A DNA stretch of 64,000 nt from Heliobacteriaceae bacterium (GCA_028707535.1 JAQWAU010000001.1:68514-132513), one strand, 5' to 3'. Shown: positions 34,344 through 45,291, numbered from the stretch's first letter. The notes: a model not told the origin generated them from the sequence alone. A program made the numbers and translations.

Positions 34344-35276
34344 TTATTCCCGGCGAGCAACTACCGCCGCCCACTCACCATGGCTGCGTAACTCCAAGAG
34401 CGAAAAACCAGCGGCCTTGATTCCGGCTACAACATCCTCCAACCGGTGTTGAATAATCCCGGAGGCAATGAATATTTTGTCCCGGGGCAGTAAAGCCGCC
34501 GCCTGGGGAGCTAACCGCAAGATCACATCCGCAATAATATTAGCAACGATAATGTCCGCCCGCTCCGGAAGCCCGGTGACCAAATCATTGGCGGAGACTG
34601 TCACTAAACTGTTAACCCGGTTATTGGCGACATTTTCCTTAGCAACCTTAACCGCCACCGGATCATTGTCGACAGCCCAGACCCGGCCGGCACCCAACAA
34701 GGCGGCCACAACAGCCAAAACACCGGAACCGGTGCCGACATCAACCACCTTGTCCCCACTTTGCAGGTAGTCCTCCAAAGCCTGGATACACATCACCGTA
34801 GTGGGGTGGGTTCCCGTCCCGAACGCCATTCCGGGATCCAGGGTTACCACCAAGTCCTCTGGTTGTGCTTGGTACATTTCCCAGGAGGGACAAATCACTA
34901 CCCGGTGGCCAACTTTCTCCGGCTTAAAAAACCGCTTCCAGGCATGGGCCCAGTCTTCTTCCTGTAAATCGGTAAACTGACAGGTGTGAGGTAAGACTCC
35001 GGTTGCCCGCTCCCACCGGTCCAAGGTCTGCTGCAAACAGGAAAGCCGTTCTTCAATCCTTTGGTCAACCGGCAAATAAGCTTTTACATTAATCATACCG
35101 GGGGGCAGATCGGGGATTTCCACGGCATAATGGTCCCAAACCTTCCGTTTGATGTAGTCGGCAATCAGTTGGGGATCCTCTATAACCATGCCCAAAGCAC
35201 CAATCTGTTCAAAGATCTCCGCCATCGCGTCAGCATTCTCATGCCGAGTCACGATCGCAATCTCCCGCCATTTCAA
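34344..35276 (-). CDS. prmA: ribosomal protein L11 methyltransferase
   Basis: ...DPGMAFGTGTHPTT..., and VVDVGTGSGVLA containing the SAM motif. Confidence 0.9.
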   Translation of the reverse strand: MKWREIAIVTRHENADAMAEIFEQIGALGMVIEDPQLIADYIKRKVWDHYAVEIPDLPPGMINVKAYLPVDQRIEERLSCLQQTLDRWERATGVLPHTCQFTDLQEEDWAHAWKRFFKPEKVGHRVVICPSWEMYQAQPEDLVVTLDPGMAFGTGTHPTTVMCIQALEDYLQSGDKVVDVGTGSGVLAVVAALLGAGRVWAVDNDPVAVKVAKENVANNRVNSLVTVSANDLVTGLPERADIIVANIIADVILRLAPQAAALLPRDKIFIASGIIQHRLEDVVAGIKAAGFSLLELRSHGEWAAVVARRE

Positions 35277-35306
35277 ACCGGCAACACCTTTCCTATGGGG
35301 TTGTTT

Positions 35307-36446
35307 TTACATAAATGCATCTTTTACCCGTTCAAAAAACGACTTTTCCCGACTGGTGGCTAAATTTTCCGGGGTCAAAGTGCGGCCAAAATCACGCAGC
35401 AACTGTTTTTGCTTTTCATTCAGTTGCGTCGGAACCGTAACGTGAATCCGAACCCGCTGATCCCCCCGGCCGGTTCCCCGCAACCGTTTGAATCCTTTGC
35501 CGCGAACCCGCATTACTGCCCCATTTTGGGTTCCTTCCCGAACATTGAGCAAAACCTTACCATCCAAGGTCGGTACATCGATTTGTCCGCCCAGACAAGC
35601 CTGAACAACAGTGATCGGGATTTGGCACATTACGTCGTCACCATCCCGTTCAAAGAATTCATGCGGTTGTACCTCGATAAAAACGTAAAGATCGCCTGGC
35701 GGGCCACCCTTATGGCCACTTTCCCCCTCACCGGCAATCCGAATCCGGGTCCCGTTATCGACACCACCCGGTACATTTACCTGGATCCGTTGGCGCTTGC
35801 GGGTTTTGCCCTGACCGGCACAGTGTTTACACGGCTGACTGATGATTGTTCCTTCACCCCGACAAGTTGTACACGGCCGGACGGTTTGGACGTGTCCCAA
35901 AAGGGTCTGGGAAACCGTAGTAACCCGGCCGGAACCCTTACAGGTGGGGCAAGTCTTTGGATGGGTACCCGGTTCGGCACCACTACCCCCACAGACATCA
36001 CAGTTTTCCAGACGGGGAATCTCGACTTCTTTTTCTACCCCAAAAGCCGCCTCTTCAAACGCAATGAGCAGGTTGAAGCGTAAATCGGCTCCTTTTTGAG
36101 GTCCCCGGCTCTGCTGGGCGGCGCCGAATCCCGCCCCGAAAAACATATCGAAAATATCGCCAAAACCACCGCCGAAATCGGCCCCCTGGCCCCCAAACCC
36201 ACCAAAGCCACCGACCCCAGCGTTTGGGCCGAGGTGCCCGAACTGATCGTAGCGGACTTTTTTCTCGGGATCGGAGAGAACTTCATAGGCTTCGTTAATT
36301 TCCTTAATTTTCTCTTCCGCCTGCTTTTTGTCCGGATTGGCATCAGGATGGTATTTTTTTAGCAGGCGCCGGTAAGCCTTCTTGATTTCCACCTCGGTAG
36401 CTCCTTTGCTTACCCCCAGCACCTCATAATAGTCCCGTTTACTCAT
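35307..36446 (-). CDS. dnaJ: molecular chaperone DnaJ
   Basis: A J domain with HPD, a G/F-rich linker, four CxxCxGxG zinc-finger repeats, and the C-terminal domains. Confidence 0.95.
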   Translation of the reverse strand: MSKRDYYEVLGVSKGATEVEIKKAYRRLLKKYHPDANPDKKQAEEKIKEINEAYEVLSDPEKKVRYDQFGHLGPNAGVGGFGGFGGQGADFGGGFGDIFDMFFGAGFGAAQQSRGPQKGADLRFNLLIAFEEAAFGVEKEVEIPRLENCDVCGGSGAEPGTHPKTCPTCKGSGRVTTVSQTLLGHVQTVRPCTTCRGEGTIISQPCKHCAGQGKTRKRQRIQVNVPGGVDNGTRIRIAGEGESGHKGGPPGDLYVFIEVQPHEFFERDGDDVMCQIPITVVQACLGGQIDVPTLDGKVLLNVREGTQNGAVMRVRGKGFKRLRGTGRGDQRVRIHVTVPTQLNEKQKQLLRDFGRTLTPENLATSREKSFFERVKDAFM

Positions 36447-36475
36447 TCAGGTCCCCTCCCCTCCCGAACAAAAGA

Positions 36476-36811
36476 TCAGCCACGAGAATGCCCGCCAAGC
36501 CGGAAAAGCATCGCTAAAAACCGGGTTTTCGCCGCCATTACCCGGTCTGCATCCGGGCCAGGGCTGGCCCTCACCGCCCCGCCCGCAAATTCGTTTTGGT
36601 CGTAGCAGGCCCGCTTTTCCGGATCCGAAAGGCACGCATAGGCTGAATTAATTTCTTTTACTTTCTCCTCATACCGCCGCCCGTTACCGGGGATGTCCGG
36701 ATGGTACTCTTTCAACAACCGCCGGTAGGCCAGTTTAATCTCTTTTTCCGAAGCCGACAGGGGGCACAAGCCCCCCTCATGGTTGCTACGATTTTTGTTT
36801 GTCGTCGTCAA
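36476..36811 (-). CDS. J-domain fragment ORF (helices II-IV with HPD) filling the dnaK-dnaJ spacer; possibly a pseudogene remnant
   Basis: ...[54 protein letters not shown] parallels DnaJ residues ...ATEVEIKKAYRRLLKKYHPDANPDKKQAEEKIKEINEAYEVLSDPEKKVRYDQ. The only in-frame starts are TTG codons with poor SD spacing, and the ORF overlaps the dnaK end by 26 nt. Confidence 0.4.
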   Translation of the reverse strand: MTTTNKNRSNHEGGLCPLSASEKEIKLAYRRLLKEYHPDIPGNGRRYEEKVKEINSAYACLSDPEKRACYDQNEFAGGAVRASPGPDADRVMAAKTRFLAMLFRLGGHSRG

Positions 36812-38627
36812 TCACCGTATAATCGGCATCTACGACGTCATTTTCGTTTTTATCCTCACCACCGGCACCGGCTTCCTGACCAGATGCCGGCCCAGATGCT
36901 TGCTGGTACATTTTAGATGATAGTTCGTACAATACGGTAGTCAACGCCTCCGTCTTCGTTTGGATCACCTGTAAATCATTACCCTCCAGGGCCTGCTTCA
37001 ACTCTTCTTTTGCCCCTTGGATCTTTTCGACATCCTCAGCCGGGGCCTTGCCTTCAAACTCCTTGAGGGTCTTATCAGTCTGATAAACCAGCGAATCCGC
37101 CCGATTGCGGGTTTCCACTTCCTCTTGCCGCTTCCGATCTTCCTCGGCATGCAATTCGGCATCTTTGACCATCCGGTCAATATCCTCCTTGGATAAACCG
37201 GTAGAAGCAGTAATCGTAATTTTTTGTTCATTACCGGTCGCCTTATCTTTAGCGGAAACGTTGACAATCCCGTTCACATCGATGTCAAAGGTGACCTCAA
37301 TCTGGGGAATACCCCGGGGAGCCGAGGGGATCCCGGTTAAGTGAAAACGGCCCAAAGTCTTGTTCTGAGCGGCAATTTTCCGTTCACCTTGCAACACATG
37401 CACCTCAACCGAGGTCTGGTTATCGCCCGCTGTGGTGAAAATTTCGCTTTTGGTCGTCGGAATGCGGGAGTTTCGATCAATCAGTACCGTGCAAACTCCG
37501 CCCAAGGTTTCGATCCCCAAGGACAATGGCGTTACATCCGCCAAGATGATCCCTTTAACTTCCCCACCGAGCACCCCTGCTTGAATGGCCGCCCCCATGG
37601 CGACCACCTCATCAGGGTTCATCCCTTTGAAGGGTTCTTTACCCAAGAACCGTTTAATCGCCTCTTGAACCGCTGGAATCCGGGAGGAACCACCCACCAG
37701 GATTACCTTGTCAATATCTTTGGGTTCGAGTCCGGCATCTGCCAAAGCCTGTCGGGTCGGCCCCATGGTCTTTTCGACCAGTTCAGCAGTCAATTCGTCA
37801 AATTTAGCCCGCGTTAACGTCATATCCAGATGCTGTGGACCTTCGGCCGTAGCTGTAATAAACGGCAAATTAATCGACGCCGTCATCACCCCGGATAGCT
37901 CAACCTTAGCTTTTTCCGCTGCTTCCTTTAAACGCTGCACAGCCATTTTGTCGTTACGCAAGTCAATCCCGGTACTCTTTTTAAACTCGGAAACCAACCA
38001 CTCCATGACGCGGTCATCAAAATCATCGCCACCCAGCCGGTTGTTGCCGGAGGTAGCCTTCACCTCAAAAATACCCTCTCCCAATTCCAGGATGGATACA
38101 TCGAAGGTTCCCCCACCCAAATCATAAACTAAGATGGTCTGGTCTTCTTCTTTGTCGATCCCGTAGGCCAGCGCCGCCGCAGTAGGCTCGTTGATGATGC
38201 GCAATACCTCCAGTCCGGCGATCCTTCCGGCATCTTTAGTTGCCTGGCGCTGGGAATCGGTAAAATACGCCGGTGTCGTAATTACTGCTTGCGAAACTGT
38301 TTCTCCCAAATAGGCTTCGGCTTCCGCTTTCATCCTCTGTAAAATCATCGCCGATATTTCTTGAGGTTTATAATTCTTGCCGTCAATATTGATTTTGTAA
38401 TCGGTACCCATCTGCCGTTTAATCGAGATAACCGTACGGTCCGGGTTAGTAATTGCCTGACGCTTGGCTACTTGCCCCACCAAACGCTCACCCGTTTTTG
38501 AAAAACCAACCACTGAAGGCGTAGTCCGCCCTCCTTCTTGGTTGGGGATTACTACCGGTTCGCCGCCTTCCATTACGGCAACACAAGAATTAGTCGTACC
38601 CAGGTCAATTCCGATTATTTTTCCCAT
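36786..38627 (-). CDS. dnaK: molecular chaperone DnaK (Hsp70)
   Basis: [18 protein letters not shown]..., DLGGGTFD and other Hsp70 signatures. The start is at ATG 38627. Confidence 0.97.
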   Translation of the reverse strand: MGKIIGIDLGTTNSCVAVMEGGEPVVIPNQEGGRTTPSVVGFSKTGERLVGQVAKRQAITNPDRTVISIKRQMGTDYKINIDGKNYKPQEISAMILQRMKAEAEAYLGETVSQAVITTPAYFTDSQRQATKDAGRIAGLEVLRIINEPTAAALAYGIDKEEDQTILVYDLGGGTFDVSILELGEGIFEVKATSGNNRLGGDDFDDRVMEWLVSEFKKSTGIDLRNDKMAVQRLKEAAEKAKVELSGVMTASINLPFITATAEGPQHLDMTLTRAKFDELTAELVEKTMGPTRQALADAGLEPKDIDKVILVGGSSRIPAVQEAIKRFLGKEPFKGMNPDEVVAMGAAIQAGVLGGEVKGIILADVTPLSLGIETLGGVCTVLIDRNSRIPTTKSEIFTTAGDNQTSVEVHVLQGERKIAAQNKTLGRFHLTGIPSAPRGIPQIEVTFDIDVNGIVNVSAKDKATGNEQKITITASTGLSKEDIDRMVKDAELHAEEDRKRQEEVETRNRADSLVYQTDKTLKEFEGKAPAEDVEKIQGAKEELKQALEGNDLQVIQTKTEALTTVLYELSSKMYQQASGPASGQEAGAGGEDKNENDVVDADYTVIDDDKQKS

Positions 38628-38701
38628 TGTATCTAACCCCCACATTTAATTTGTTCTGACCTGCCGGCATAGGCTAAATTATGCAGCCATACCTTGCCCG
38701 G

Positions 38702-39388
38702 CTACTGACTTCCTTTAGCGACCCTCACTATTGCGTGCCGGATTACCTTGTCTTTTAAAAGATATCCTTTTTTTATCTCGGTCATCACAGTATCATCGGC
38801 AAACTCTGCTGTCGCTTCTCCATACGTAACGGCATCATGCAAGTTAGGGTCAAACTCCTGCCCCACGGAAACCATTGGTTGCAGCCCTTCCTGAGCCAAC
38901 ACCGCTAATAATTGGCGGTAAATCATTTCCACCCCGTCGTATAAACCGGCAATACCCTCGGTTTTCTCCACCGCCAATGCCCGTTCGAAGTTGTCCAGCA
39001 CGGGTAGCAAATTGCTAATTACACCTTCGGCAGCAAACCTCGCCAGTTCTTCTTTTTCCTGGCGGGTACGACGCTTGTAGTTGTCAAAATCCGCCTGTAA
39101 CCGGGCATACCGGTTTTCAAACGCCGCCAGTTCTTTTTTTGTTTCCTCTAAGGTTTCCCTGTCTTTGGCCACTTCTTCTAAAAACATCGCCAATTGCCGG
39201 GCCGCCGCCTGTTGTTCTTCCGGAGATATTCCTCCCATCTCCTCGCCCGGTTTGGCCGCCTCACCTTGAGATGGTTTCTCGACCGGTTGGTTCGCGGTTT
39301 CTTCATTTACTTGGGTTTCTTCCCGAGCCTGAGCAGCCGGTTCCAAATCCTCGGCAACCAATCGTTGCTTATCCCGCGGGTTTACCAA
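38702..39388 (-). CDS. grpE: nucleotide exchange factor GrpE
   Basis: The coiled-coil N-terminal region and the GrpE C-terminal block ...FDPNLHDAV...GYLLKDKVIRHAIV are present. The TTG start at 39388 lies behind GGGGAGGA and overlaps the chaperonin stop. Confidence 0.9.
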   Translation of the reverse strand: MVNPRDKQRLVAEDLEPAAQAREETQVNEETANQPVEKPSQGEAAKPGEEMGGISPEEQQAAARQLAMFLEEVAKDRETLEETKKELAAFENRYARLQADFDNYKRRTRQEKEELARFAAEGVISNLLPVLDNFERALAVEKTEGIAGLYDGVEMIYRQLLAVLAQEGLQPMVSVGQEFDPNLHDAVTYGEATAEFADDTVMTEIKKGYLLKDKVIRHAIVRVAKGSQ

Positions 39389-40956
39389 TTTTCCTCCCCA
39401 CTTTCAGTTTTTTGTTGATTGTGGTGTTCTTCGCGCTTTTTAATAATGGTATCGATCCGGAGAATCGCCTCAGCAACTTCTCCCGCCGCTTTTAACGCAT
39501 AAACCTTGACTAATACCGGATCAACAATCCCTCTTTCCCCCATATCGGCAACTGTGCCGGTATCACAGTCAATACCTACGGAATCACTGTTTTGTTCCAT
39601 CTGGGCAGCTACTACGTCCCCGAGTTTTTCCAGCGGATTAAAACCGGCGTTCGCCACAATCTGCGAAAACGGCCGTTTCAAAGCGGCTACCACACAGTCT
39701 AATCCGTAAGCCGACATCCCCCGGATTTCCTTTCGTAGTTCCTCGACCTCTCTAGCTACCGCCAATTCAATTGCCCCACCGCCCGGCACTAAGCCTCCTT
39801 TGATCGCCGCCTGTACTGCCGCCGCAGCATCCTTAGCAATCCGTTCCCTTTCGCCGACCACTTCTTCCGTAGCGGCGCCGACCAACACTGTGGCCACAGG
39901 CTTCCCGAGACCATTTAATACCCGGACATGTTCCAGCTTTTCATCAACAACGACCTTACCCGCTTTTCCCAAATAACGGACCAGGTCGGCAGGGTCGCGT
40001 TTCAAGCCGGTACGTTTCATTGCCCTGGCCCCCGTATGTTCAGTGGCTTTTTTCAACTCCCGGTTGGCCACCCGCTGAACCACTAAAATTCCCGCATCGG
40101 TTAACATTTCTTCTGCCAGGTCATCAACACCCCGATCGACCAAAACCAACTTTACCCCCAGGTCAGCGATCTTTCGGACATTTTCCACAAACTCTTGCTG
40201 CTTTTGGCGGTACCAGGTAAACCCCGCCTCAGTACCGAGCGCTTCATCATCCAATGTTTCCGGTTCTAAAGCATCATCCACAACCAATACCAAAGCATCG
40301 ACAAGTTCCTTCGGCATGGCTTCATTAACCGGTTTTTTGTTTATAATCACCCCGGAAAAAACTTGGTTTTCCGCCCCGTCTTGGGCACGGATGGCGTCAG
40401 AAAGTTTATAACCGGCTTCTTTTAGTTTCGCTTCCCCCGTTAAGCGGGCTGCTGCCACAACCAACTCCGCGATGTCGCCATGTTCCCGTCCGGCAACAAG
40501 GGCAACCTTTTCCAGTACAGGATCCGCAATCCCCTTTACCAGTCGGGCGTGTTCCTGAAAGACCGCCACGGCATTTTTGATCCCGGCTTTTAGGCCCTCA
40601 ATCACCCGAGATACCGGTACTCCTTTAGCAACATGGTTTACTCCTTCGGCAACAAGACTACCGGCCAATACCGTCGCCGTAGTGGTGCCGTCACCAATCT
40701 CTGCTTGCTGTGCTTTGGCGGTTTTAATCAACATCCGGGCCGCAGGATGGTTTACTTCCATCAACTGTAAAATTGTTACCCCGTCATTCGTAATCACTAC
40801 ATCGCCGAATTTATCCACCAGCATGGTGTCTAACCCTTTCGGCCCCAGGGTTCCCTCCACCGCGGAAGCAATCGCCCGGATCGCATTGGCATTGGTCATT
40901 AGTGCTGCCAGGCGTTCATCTACTTCGGCATTATTACTTACTTGTTTAACACTCAA
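39382..40956 (-). CDS. thermosome/CCT-type (group II-like, 'archaeal-like') chaperonin subunit
   Basis: LGPKGLDTMLVDKFGDVVITNDGVTILQLMEVNHPAARML, GDGTTTATVLAG and VPGGGAIE blocks match Cpn60/TCP-1 group II rather than GroEL. 524 aa; TTG start behind TAGGAGGA. Confidence 0.85.
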   Translation of the reverse strand: MSVKQVSNNAEVDERLAALMTNANAIRAIASAVEGTLGPKGLDTMLVDKFGDVVITNDGVTILQLMEVNHPAARMLIKTAKAQQAEIGDGTTTATVLAGSLVAEGVNHVAKGVPVSRVIEGLKAGIKNAVAVFQEHARLVKGIADPVLEKVALVAGREHGDIAELVVAAARLTGEAKLKEAGYKLSDAIRAQDGAENQVFSGVIINKKPVNEAMPKELVDALVLVVDDALEPETLDDEALGTEAGFTWYRQKQQEFVENVRKIADLGVKLVLVDRGVDDLAEEMLTDAGILVVQRVANRELKKATEHTGARAMKRTGLKRDPADLVRYLGKAGKVVVDEKLEHVRVLNGLGKPVATVLVGAATEEVVGERERIAKDAAAAVQAAIKGGLVPGGGAIELAVAREVEELRKEIRGMSAYGLDCVVAALKRPFSQIVANAGFNPLEKLGDVVAAQMEQNSDSVGIDCDTGTVADMGERGIVDPVLVKVYALKAAGEVAEAILRIDTIIKKREEHHNQQKTESGEENW

Positions 40957-41002
40957 AAAGATTCCTCCTACCCGTATGCTGGTTGCAAACTGCGTTGACG
41001 GC

Positions 41003-41046
41003 AGGTAAATAGGGACTTTTTGCCCCCAAAAAGTCCCTATTTACCT
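41003..41046. repeat. perfect 20-bp inverted repeat (hairpin, 4-nt loop) between hrcA and the chaperonin gene
   Basis: aggtaaatagggactttttg-cccc-caaaaagtccctatttacct. No U-tract follows on either strand. Confidence 0.9.
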
Positions 41047-41082
41047 TAAATACCGGCCGTTCCATCCAAAATATTACCAGGC

Positions 41083-42117
41083 TTACCGGTTGTAATGCTT
41101 GTTTAAGGTCTTTGACAAATTTTCGGTTAAATTTTCTACTACCGTTACCGCCTTGGAATACTCCATCCGGGTAGGACCTAAAATCCCGATTACCCCGACC
41201 ACTTCACCATCAATCTTGTAAGTCGCAGAAATCATACTGCAGTCCCGGATACCTTGATGCCGGTTCTCGGTGCCAATCTTAATGCATAACCCTTCCTCCG
41301 AAGTCTCATTAAGTAGGGTCCGAACGATTTGGTGTTCCTCTAGTATGCCCAGCAAAGTTCTAATTTTTTCCACATCCTTGAACTCCGGCTGGTTAAAAAT
41401 GTTCAACACCCCACCGAGATAGACTTTTTCATTGGCTTGAGCTTTCAATGCCCGGTCAATAAGCCCAACCGCCTGGTCAAAAAGCACTTTGCTTTCACCT
41501 AAGTTCTGAATCAACCGGATCACCGAACGCAACTGATACAAAGGCATCCCGTGCAGGTTATTGTTAATCAAATAAGCAACCCAGGCCAGATCATCCGAGG
41601 TTATGACTTCAGGGATGTTTAATAATTTACTCTCTACCGTCCCGACGGAAGTGATCACCACCGCAATGGCTTTATCCGTTTGGTAAGGAATTAATTGGAT
41701 CTGCTGAAACGTCGGGTTACCGATCCGAGGGCTCAACATAACAGCAGTATAATTCGTTAACCGGGACAATAAATCGGTAACTTGTTGAAAAAGTCCGTTA
41801 ACCTCCTCCAGGTTGTTAAACACATGATGGATTAACCCGGCCTCCTGTTCTCCCAGTTGCTCCCGCTCCATCAAACAGTCGACAAAATAACGGTAACCCC
41901 GGTCAGATGGAATCCGGCCGGCTGATGTGTAAGGCTGTTCAATAAACCCTAATTCCTCAAGGTCGGACATTTCATTCCGGATTGTAGCCGGGCTAACGCC
42001 AAAGTTATATTTTCGGGCAATGGTGCGAGAGCCAACTGGTTCAGCAGTCGAAACATAATCACGGATAATTGCACATAGGACCTTTTGCTTCCGCTCATCC
42101 ATTTGCATCTCGTTCAC
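41083..42117 (-). CDS. hrcA: heat-inducible transcription repressor HrcA
   Basis: ...[72 protein letters not shown] is a canonical HrcA N-terminus. Confidence 0.95.
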   Translation of the reverse strand: MNEMQMDERKQKVLCAIIRDYVSTAEPVGSRTIARKYNFGVSPATIRNEMSDLEELGFIEQPYTSAGRIPSDRGYRYFVDCLMEREQLGEQEAGLIHHVFNNLEEVNGLFQQVTDLLSRLTNYTAVMLSPRIGNPTFQQIQLIPYQTDKAIAVVITSVGTVESKLLNIPEVITSDDLAWVAYLINNNLHGMPLYQLRSVIRLIQNLGESKVLFDQAVGLIDRALKAQANEKVYLGGVLNIFNQPEFKDVEKIRTLLGILEEHQIVRTLLNETSEEGLCIKIGTENRHQGIRDCSMISATYKIDGEVVGVIGILGPTRMEYSKAVTVVENLTENLSKTLNKHYNR

Positions 42118-42127
42118 CCCTTCGTTG

Positions 42128-42154
42128 TTAGCACTCGTTAGAGACGAGTGCTAA
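42128..42154 (-). promoter_or_regulatory. CIRCE operator (HrcA binding site)
   Basis: TTAGCACTC-N9-GAGTGCTAA, a perfect match to the CIRCE consensus, 10 nt upstream of the hrcA ATG region. Confidence 0.92.
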
Positions 42155-42169
42155 CATTTCTTTAGATAA

Positions 42170-42198
42170 AAAATACCACTTGAAACCACTCTTGTCAA
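42170..42198 (-). promoter_or_regulatory. sigmaA-type promoter of the hrcA heat-shock operon
   Basis: Minus strand reads TTGACA, 17 nt, TATTTT, immediately upstream of CIRCE. Confidence 0.65.
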
Positions 42199-42207
42199 TA
42201 ATTCTGA

Positions 42208-43422
42208 TCAGACAAGATACTTCACCATGATTTCATTAGCCAGCAAGTAGGTGTGTGGAGCAAGCATGATCCGGTTACCCCGGTAATCAATCCAGCCTTG
42301 TAAGGCCAGTTCATGAGATATTCTTTCCCATTCGGCAAAAATTTTCGCCCCGATACCATATTCCCGGGTGACCTCCTTTAAATCTACTCCCTGAGTGCGG
42401 CGCAGACCTAAAATGAGCGCCTCGGTTGCTGCGACTTGGGGGGACAAAGTTTCCTCTTCCCCGATGGGAACCGGCCGGTTTGTGAGCAAGGAGGTTACAT
42501 AAGACCCACTATCGGCAATCCACATCCAACGCCACAAACCACATTGGGATGTGGCCCCACTGCCGAAACCCAAATAATCACCCCGCTGCCAGTAATTTAA
42601 ATTATGCCGGCATTCATACCCAGGGCGGGCAAAATTCGAAAGTTCATACTGGCAAAAACCTTTGGCCGCCAGGTACTCCCGCGCAAACTCGTACATAGCC
42701 ACCTCGTCGTCCTCCGGACAAGGCAAGGTTAGCCCTTTAGCCAACCAATCCCCCAAAAGTGTCCCGGTGGCCGGCGTTAGATTATAGAGCGACAGATGGG
42801 TGGGTTCCAAGGCCAAAGCCAACTGCAAGGAAAGCCGCCAATCATCCCGGGTCTGCCCGGGAATGCCGTAAAGTAAATCCAAGTTTAGGTTGTCAAAACC
42901 AACCTGCCGGGCAGCCTTAACCAGCCGGACGACATCGTTAAGCGACTGTTGACGCCCTAAAAATGCTAAGAGGCGGGGTTGAAAGGCCTGGACCCCGAGC
43001 GAAAGCCGGTTACAGCCTCCCGACCGCCATAGGCGGATATCGGCTTTTGTTATCGTACCGGGATTCGCTTCAACAGTAACCTCAGCAAAACAGGGCACCG
43101 CGAACCGAAGTCCCAGCCTTTCCAGCGTGGCCACCACTAAACTGGCGGGAAGTAATGAAGGTGTACCGCCACCAAAAAAAACCGTTTGGGGCTTAGGCCC
43201 CGGCCTCCCGACTTCGCCGGCTTCAGCGATATGTCTGTGTAAGGCTGCTACATATGTCGTCCGGTCCGCCGGTCCGGCCTGGTGCGAATAAAAATCGCAA
43301 TACGCACATTTACGCCGGCAAAATGGGATATGGACGTAGACTCCCCAATTATCCTTCAGCCGCGATCGGTCAGCCGAAAATAAGGCCCCCAGGGCCGTTT
43401 TCCGTGGGGGCCTTTTATTCAT
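42208..43422 (-). CDS. hemW: radical SAM heme chaperone HemW (HemN-like, oxygen-independent coproporphyrinogen oxidase family)
   Basis: [17 protein letters not shown] radical SAM motif and an HemN_C-like C-terminus. The start is taken at ATG 43422, overlapping the lepA stop by 8 nt. Confidence 0.85.
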   Translation of the reverse strand: MNKRPPRKTALGALFSADRSRLKDNWGVYVHIPFCRRKCAYCDFYSHQAGPADRTTYVAALHRHIAEAGEVGRPGPKPQTVFFGGGTPSLLPASLVVATLERLGLRFAVPCFAEVTVEANPGTITKADIRLWRSGGCNRLSLGVQAFQPRLLAFLGRQQSLNDVVRLVKAARQVGFDNLNLDLLYGIPGQTRDDWRLSLQLALALEPTHLSLYNLTPATGTLLGDWLAKGLTLPCPEDDEVAMYEFAREYLAAKGFCQYELSNFARPGYECRHNLNYWQRGDYLGFGSGATSQCGLWRWMWIADSGSYVTSLLTNRPVPIGEEETLSPQVAATEALILGLRRTQGVDLKEVTREYGIGAKIFAEWERISHELALQGWIDYRGNRIMLAPHTYLLANEIMVKYLV

Positions 43423-45214
43423 CAATTTGCAGCACCGCCATGAACGCTTCCTGAGGAATCTCCACACTACCAACCTGTTTCATGCGCTTCTTGCCTTCTT
43501 TTTGCTTTTCGAGCAATTTGCGTTTCCGGCTAACATCACCACCATAGCACTTGGCTAGGACATTTTTCCGCATGGCACTGATCGTTTCCCGCGCGATAAC
43601 CTTATTCCCAACCGCAGCCTGGATCGGCACCTCGAACATCTGCCGGGGAATCAATCGCCGGAGACGTTCCACCAGAGTACGGCCCCGCTGATAAGCCCGG
43701 TCTTTATGGATAATGACGGAAAAGGCATCCACAAGGTCGTTATTAATCATGATATCCAACTTAACCAGGTCGGAAGCCCGGTAGCCAACTAGTTCATAAT
43801 CGAAAGAAGCATAGCCTTTGGTCCGTGACTTCAACTGGTCAAAAAAATCAAAAATGATCTCGGCCAAAGGTAACTCATAGACCAACATGACTCGCTGGTT
43901 AGCAATATAGTCCATATTAATAAAGCGGCCCCGTTTCTCTTGGCTCAACTCCATGATTACCCCAACGAATTCCGCCGGCACCATAATCGAAGCCCGGACA
44001 AAAGGCTCCTCAATTACCGCCACTTTTTGTTGCTCGGGTAGCTTGGTCGGATTTTCGACCGTTAACCTTTGCCCATCAGTTTTGGTTACCATGTAAACGA
44101 CGTTGGGGGCAGTAGTAACCAGCTCCAGGTCAAATTCCCGTTCCAAACGTTCCTGCACAATTTCTAAATGCAACAAACCTAAAAAACCGCACCGGAAGCC
44201 AAAGCCCAAAGCGGCTGAGGTCTCCGGTTCAAATACCAAGGCAGCATCATTTAGTTGCAGTTTTTCCAGGCCTTCCCGCAGGTCTTCATAATCAGCGGTA
44301 AGTACCGGATACAGCCCACAGTAGACCATCGGCGTGACCTGCCGGTAACCCGGTAAAGGTACCGCAACCGGGTTGTCGGCATCAGTAATGGTGTCACCAA
44401 CCCGGGTATCCTTGACGTTTTTTATTGCCGCGACAATAAATCCCACTTCTCCCGCGACCAATCCCGTTACCTGCCGGGGAGCCGGTGTAAACACCCCTAC
44501 CTCGGTTACCTCAAAAACCCCGCCGGTAGACATCATCTTAATCCTGGTCCCTTTTTGCACCCGGCCCTGGACCACCCGGACGTACGAAACAGCACCCTTG
44601 TAAGCATCATAAAACGAATCAAAAATCAGACACTGTAGGGGTGCTCCCGGATTACTCGGGGGCGGGGGTACCCGCCGAACCACTGCCTCCAGCACATCGC
44701 GGACACCGGTCCCCAACTTAGCCGACACCAATATGGCCTCCGCAGCATCCAGACCGATAACCTCTTCAATTTCCCGTTTCACCCGTTCCGGTTCAGCACC
44801 AGGCAGGTCGATCTTATTGATTACCGGAATGATTTCCAGATTATTTTCCAACGCAAGGTACACATTGGCCAGGGTTTGGGCTTCAATCCCCTGGGCTGCA
44901 TCCACGATTAAGATCGCCCCTTCGCAAGCAGCCAGCGACCGGGATACTTCATAAGTAAAGTCAACATGCCCCGGAGTGTCGATCAGGTTCAAGACGTAAA
45001 TATTGCCATCTTGCGCCGTATACTCCAACCGCACTGCCTTTAATTTGATCGTAATCCCGCGCTCACGCTCCAGATCCATGGAATCGAGCACCTGGCTCGC
45101 CATTTCCCGTTCGGACACGGCCTCAGTCAATTCCAAAATCCGGTCAGCAAGCGTGGACTTGCCGTGGTCAATATGCGCAATGATACAAAAATTACGGACC
45201 TTGACTTGTTCCAT
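43415..45214 (-). CDS. lepA: elongation factor 4 (LepA)
   Basis: [29 protein letters not shown] and the LepA-specific C-terminal domain; 599 aa. Confidence 0.97.
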   Translation of the reverse strand: MEQVKVRNFCIIAHIDHGKSTLADRILELTEAVSEREMASQVLDSMDLERERGITIKLKAVRLEYTAQDGNIYVLNLIDTPGHVDFTYEVSRSLAACEGAILIVDAAQGIEAQTLANVYLALENNLEIIPVINKIDLPGAEPERVKREIEEVIGLDAAEAILVSAKLGTGVRDVLEAVVRRVPPPPSNPGAPLQCLIFDSFYDAYKGAVSYVRVVQGRVQKGTRIKMMSTGGVFEVTEVGVFTPAPRQVTGLVAGEVGFIVAAIKNVKDTRVGDTITDADNPVAVPLPGYRQVTPMVYCGLYPVLTADYEDLREGLEKLQLNDAALVFEPETSAALGFGFRCGFLGLLHLEIVQERLEREFDLELVTTAPNVVYMVTKTDGQRLTVENPTKLPEQQKVAVIEEPFVRASIMVPAEFVGVIMELSQEKRGRFINMDYIANQRVMLVYELPLAEIIFDFFDQLKSRTKGYASFDYELVGYRASDLVKLDIMINNDLVDAFSVIIHKDRAYQRGRTLVERLRRLIPRQMFEVPIQAAVGNKVIARETISAMRKNVLAKCYGGDVSRKRKLLEKQKEGKKRMKQVGSVEIPQEAFMAVLQIDE

Positions 45215-45291
45215 CTATTTATACTGTCCTCCCAAAGTGACATATTTAATTATTATAACCTGGCCAACCTTACCGGGCAAGTTGGCTACCC

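Noticed and set aside
40957-41082. Possible second CIRCE element or promoter directly upstream of the chaperonin gene
   Set aside because: No TTAGCACTC/GAGTGCTAA half-sites are present. The palindrome found there has an unrelated sequence and is reported separately.
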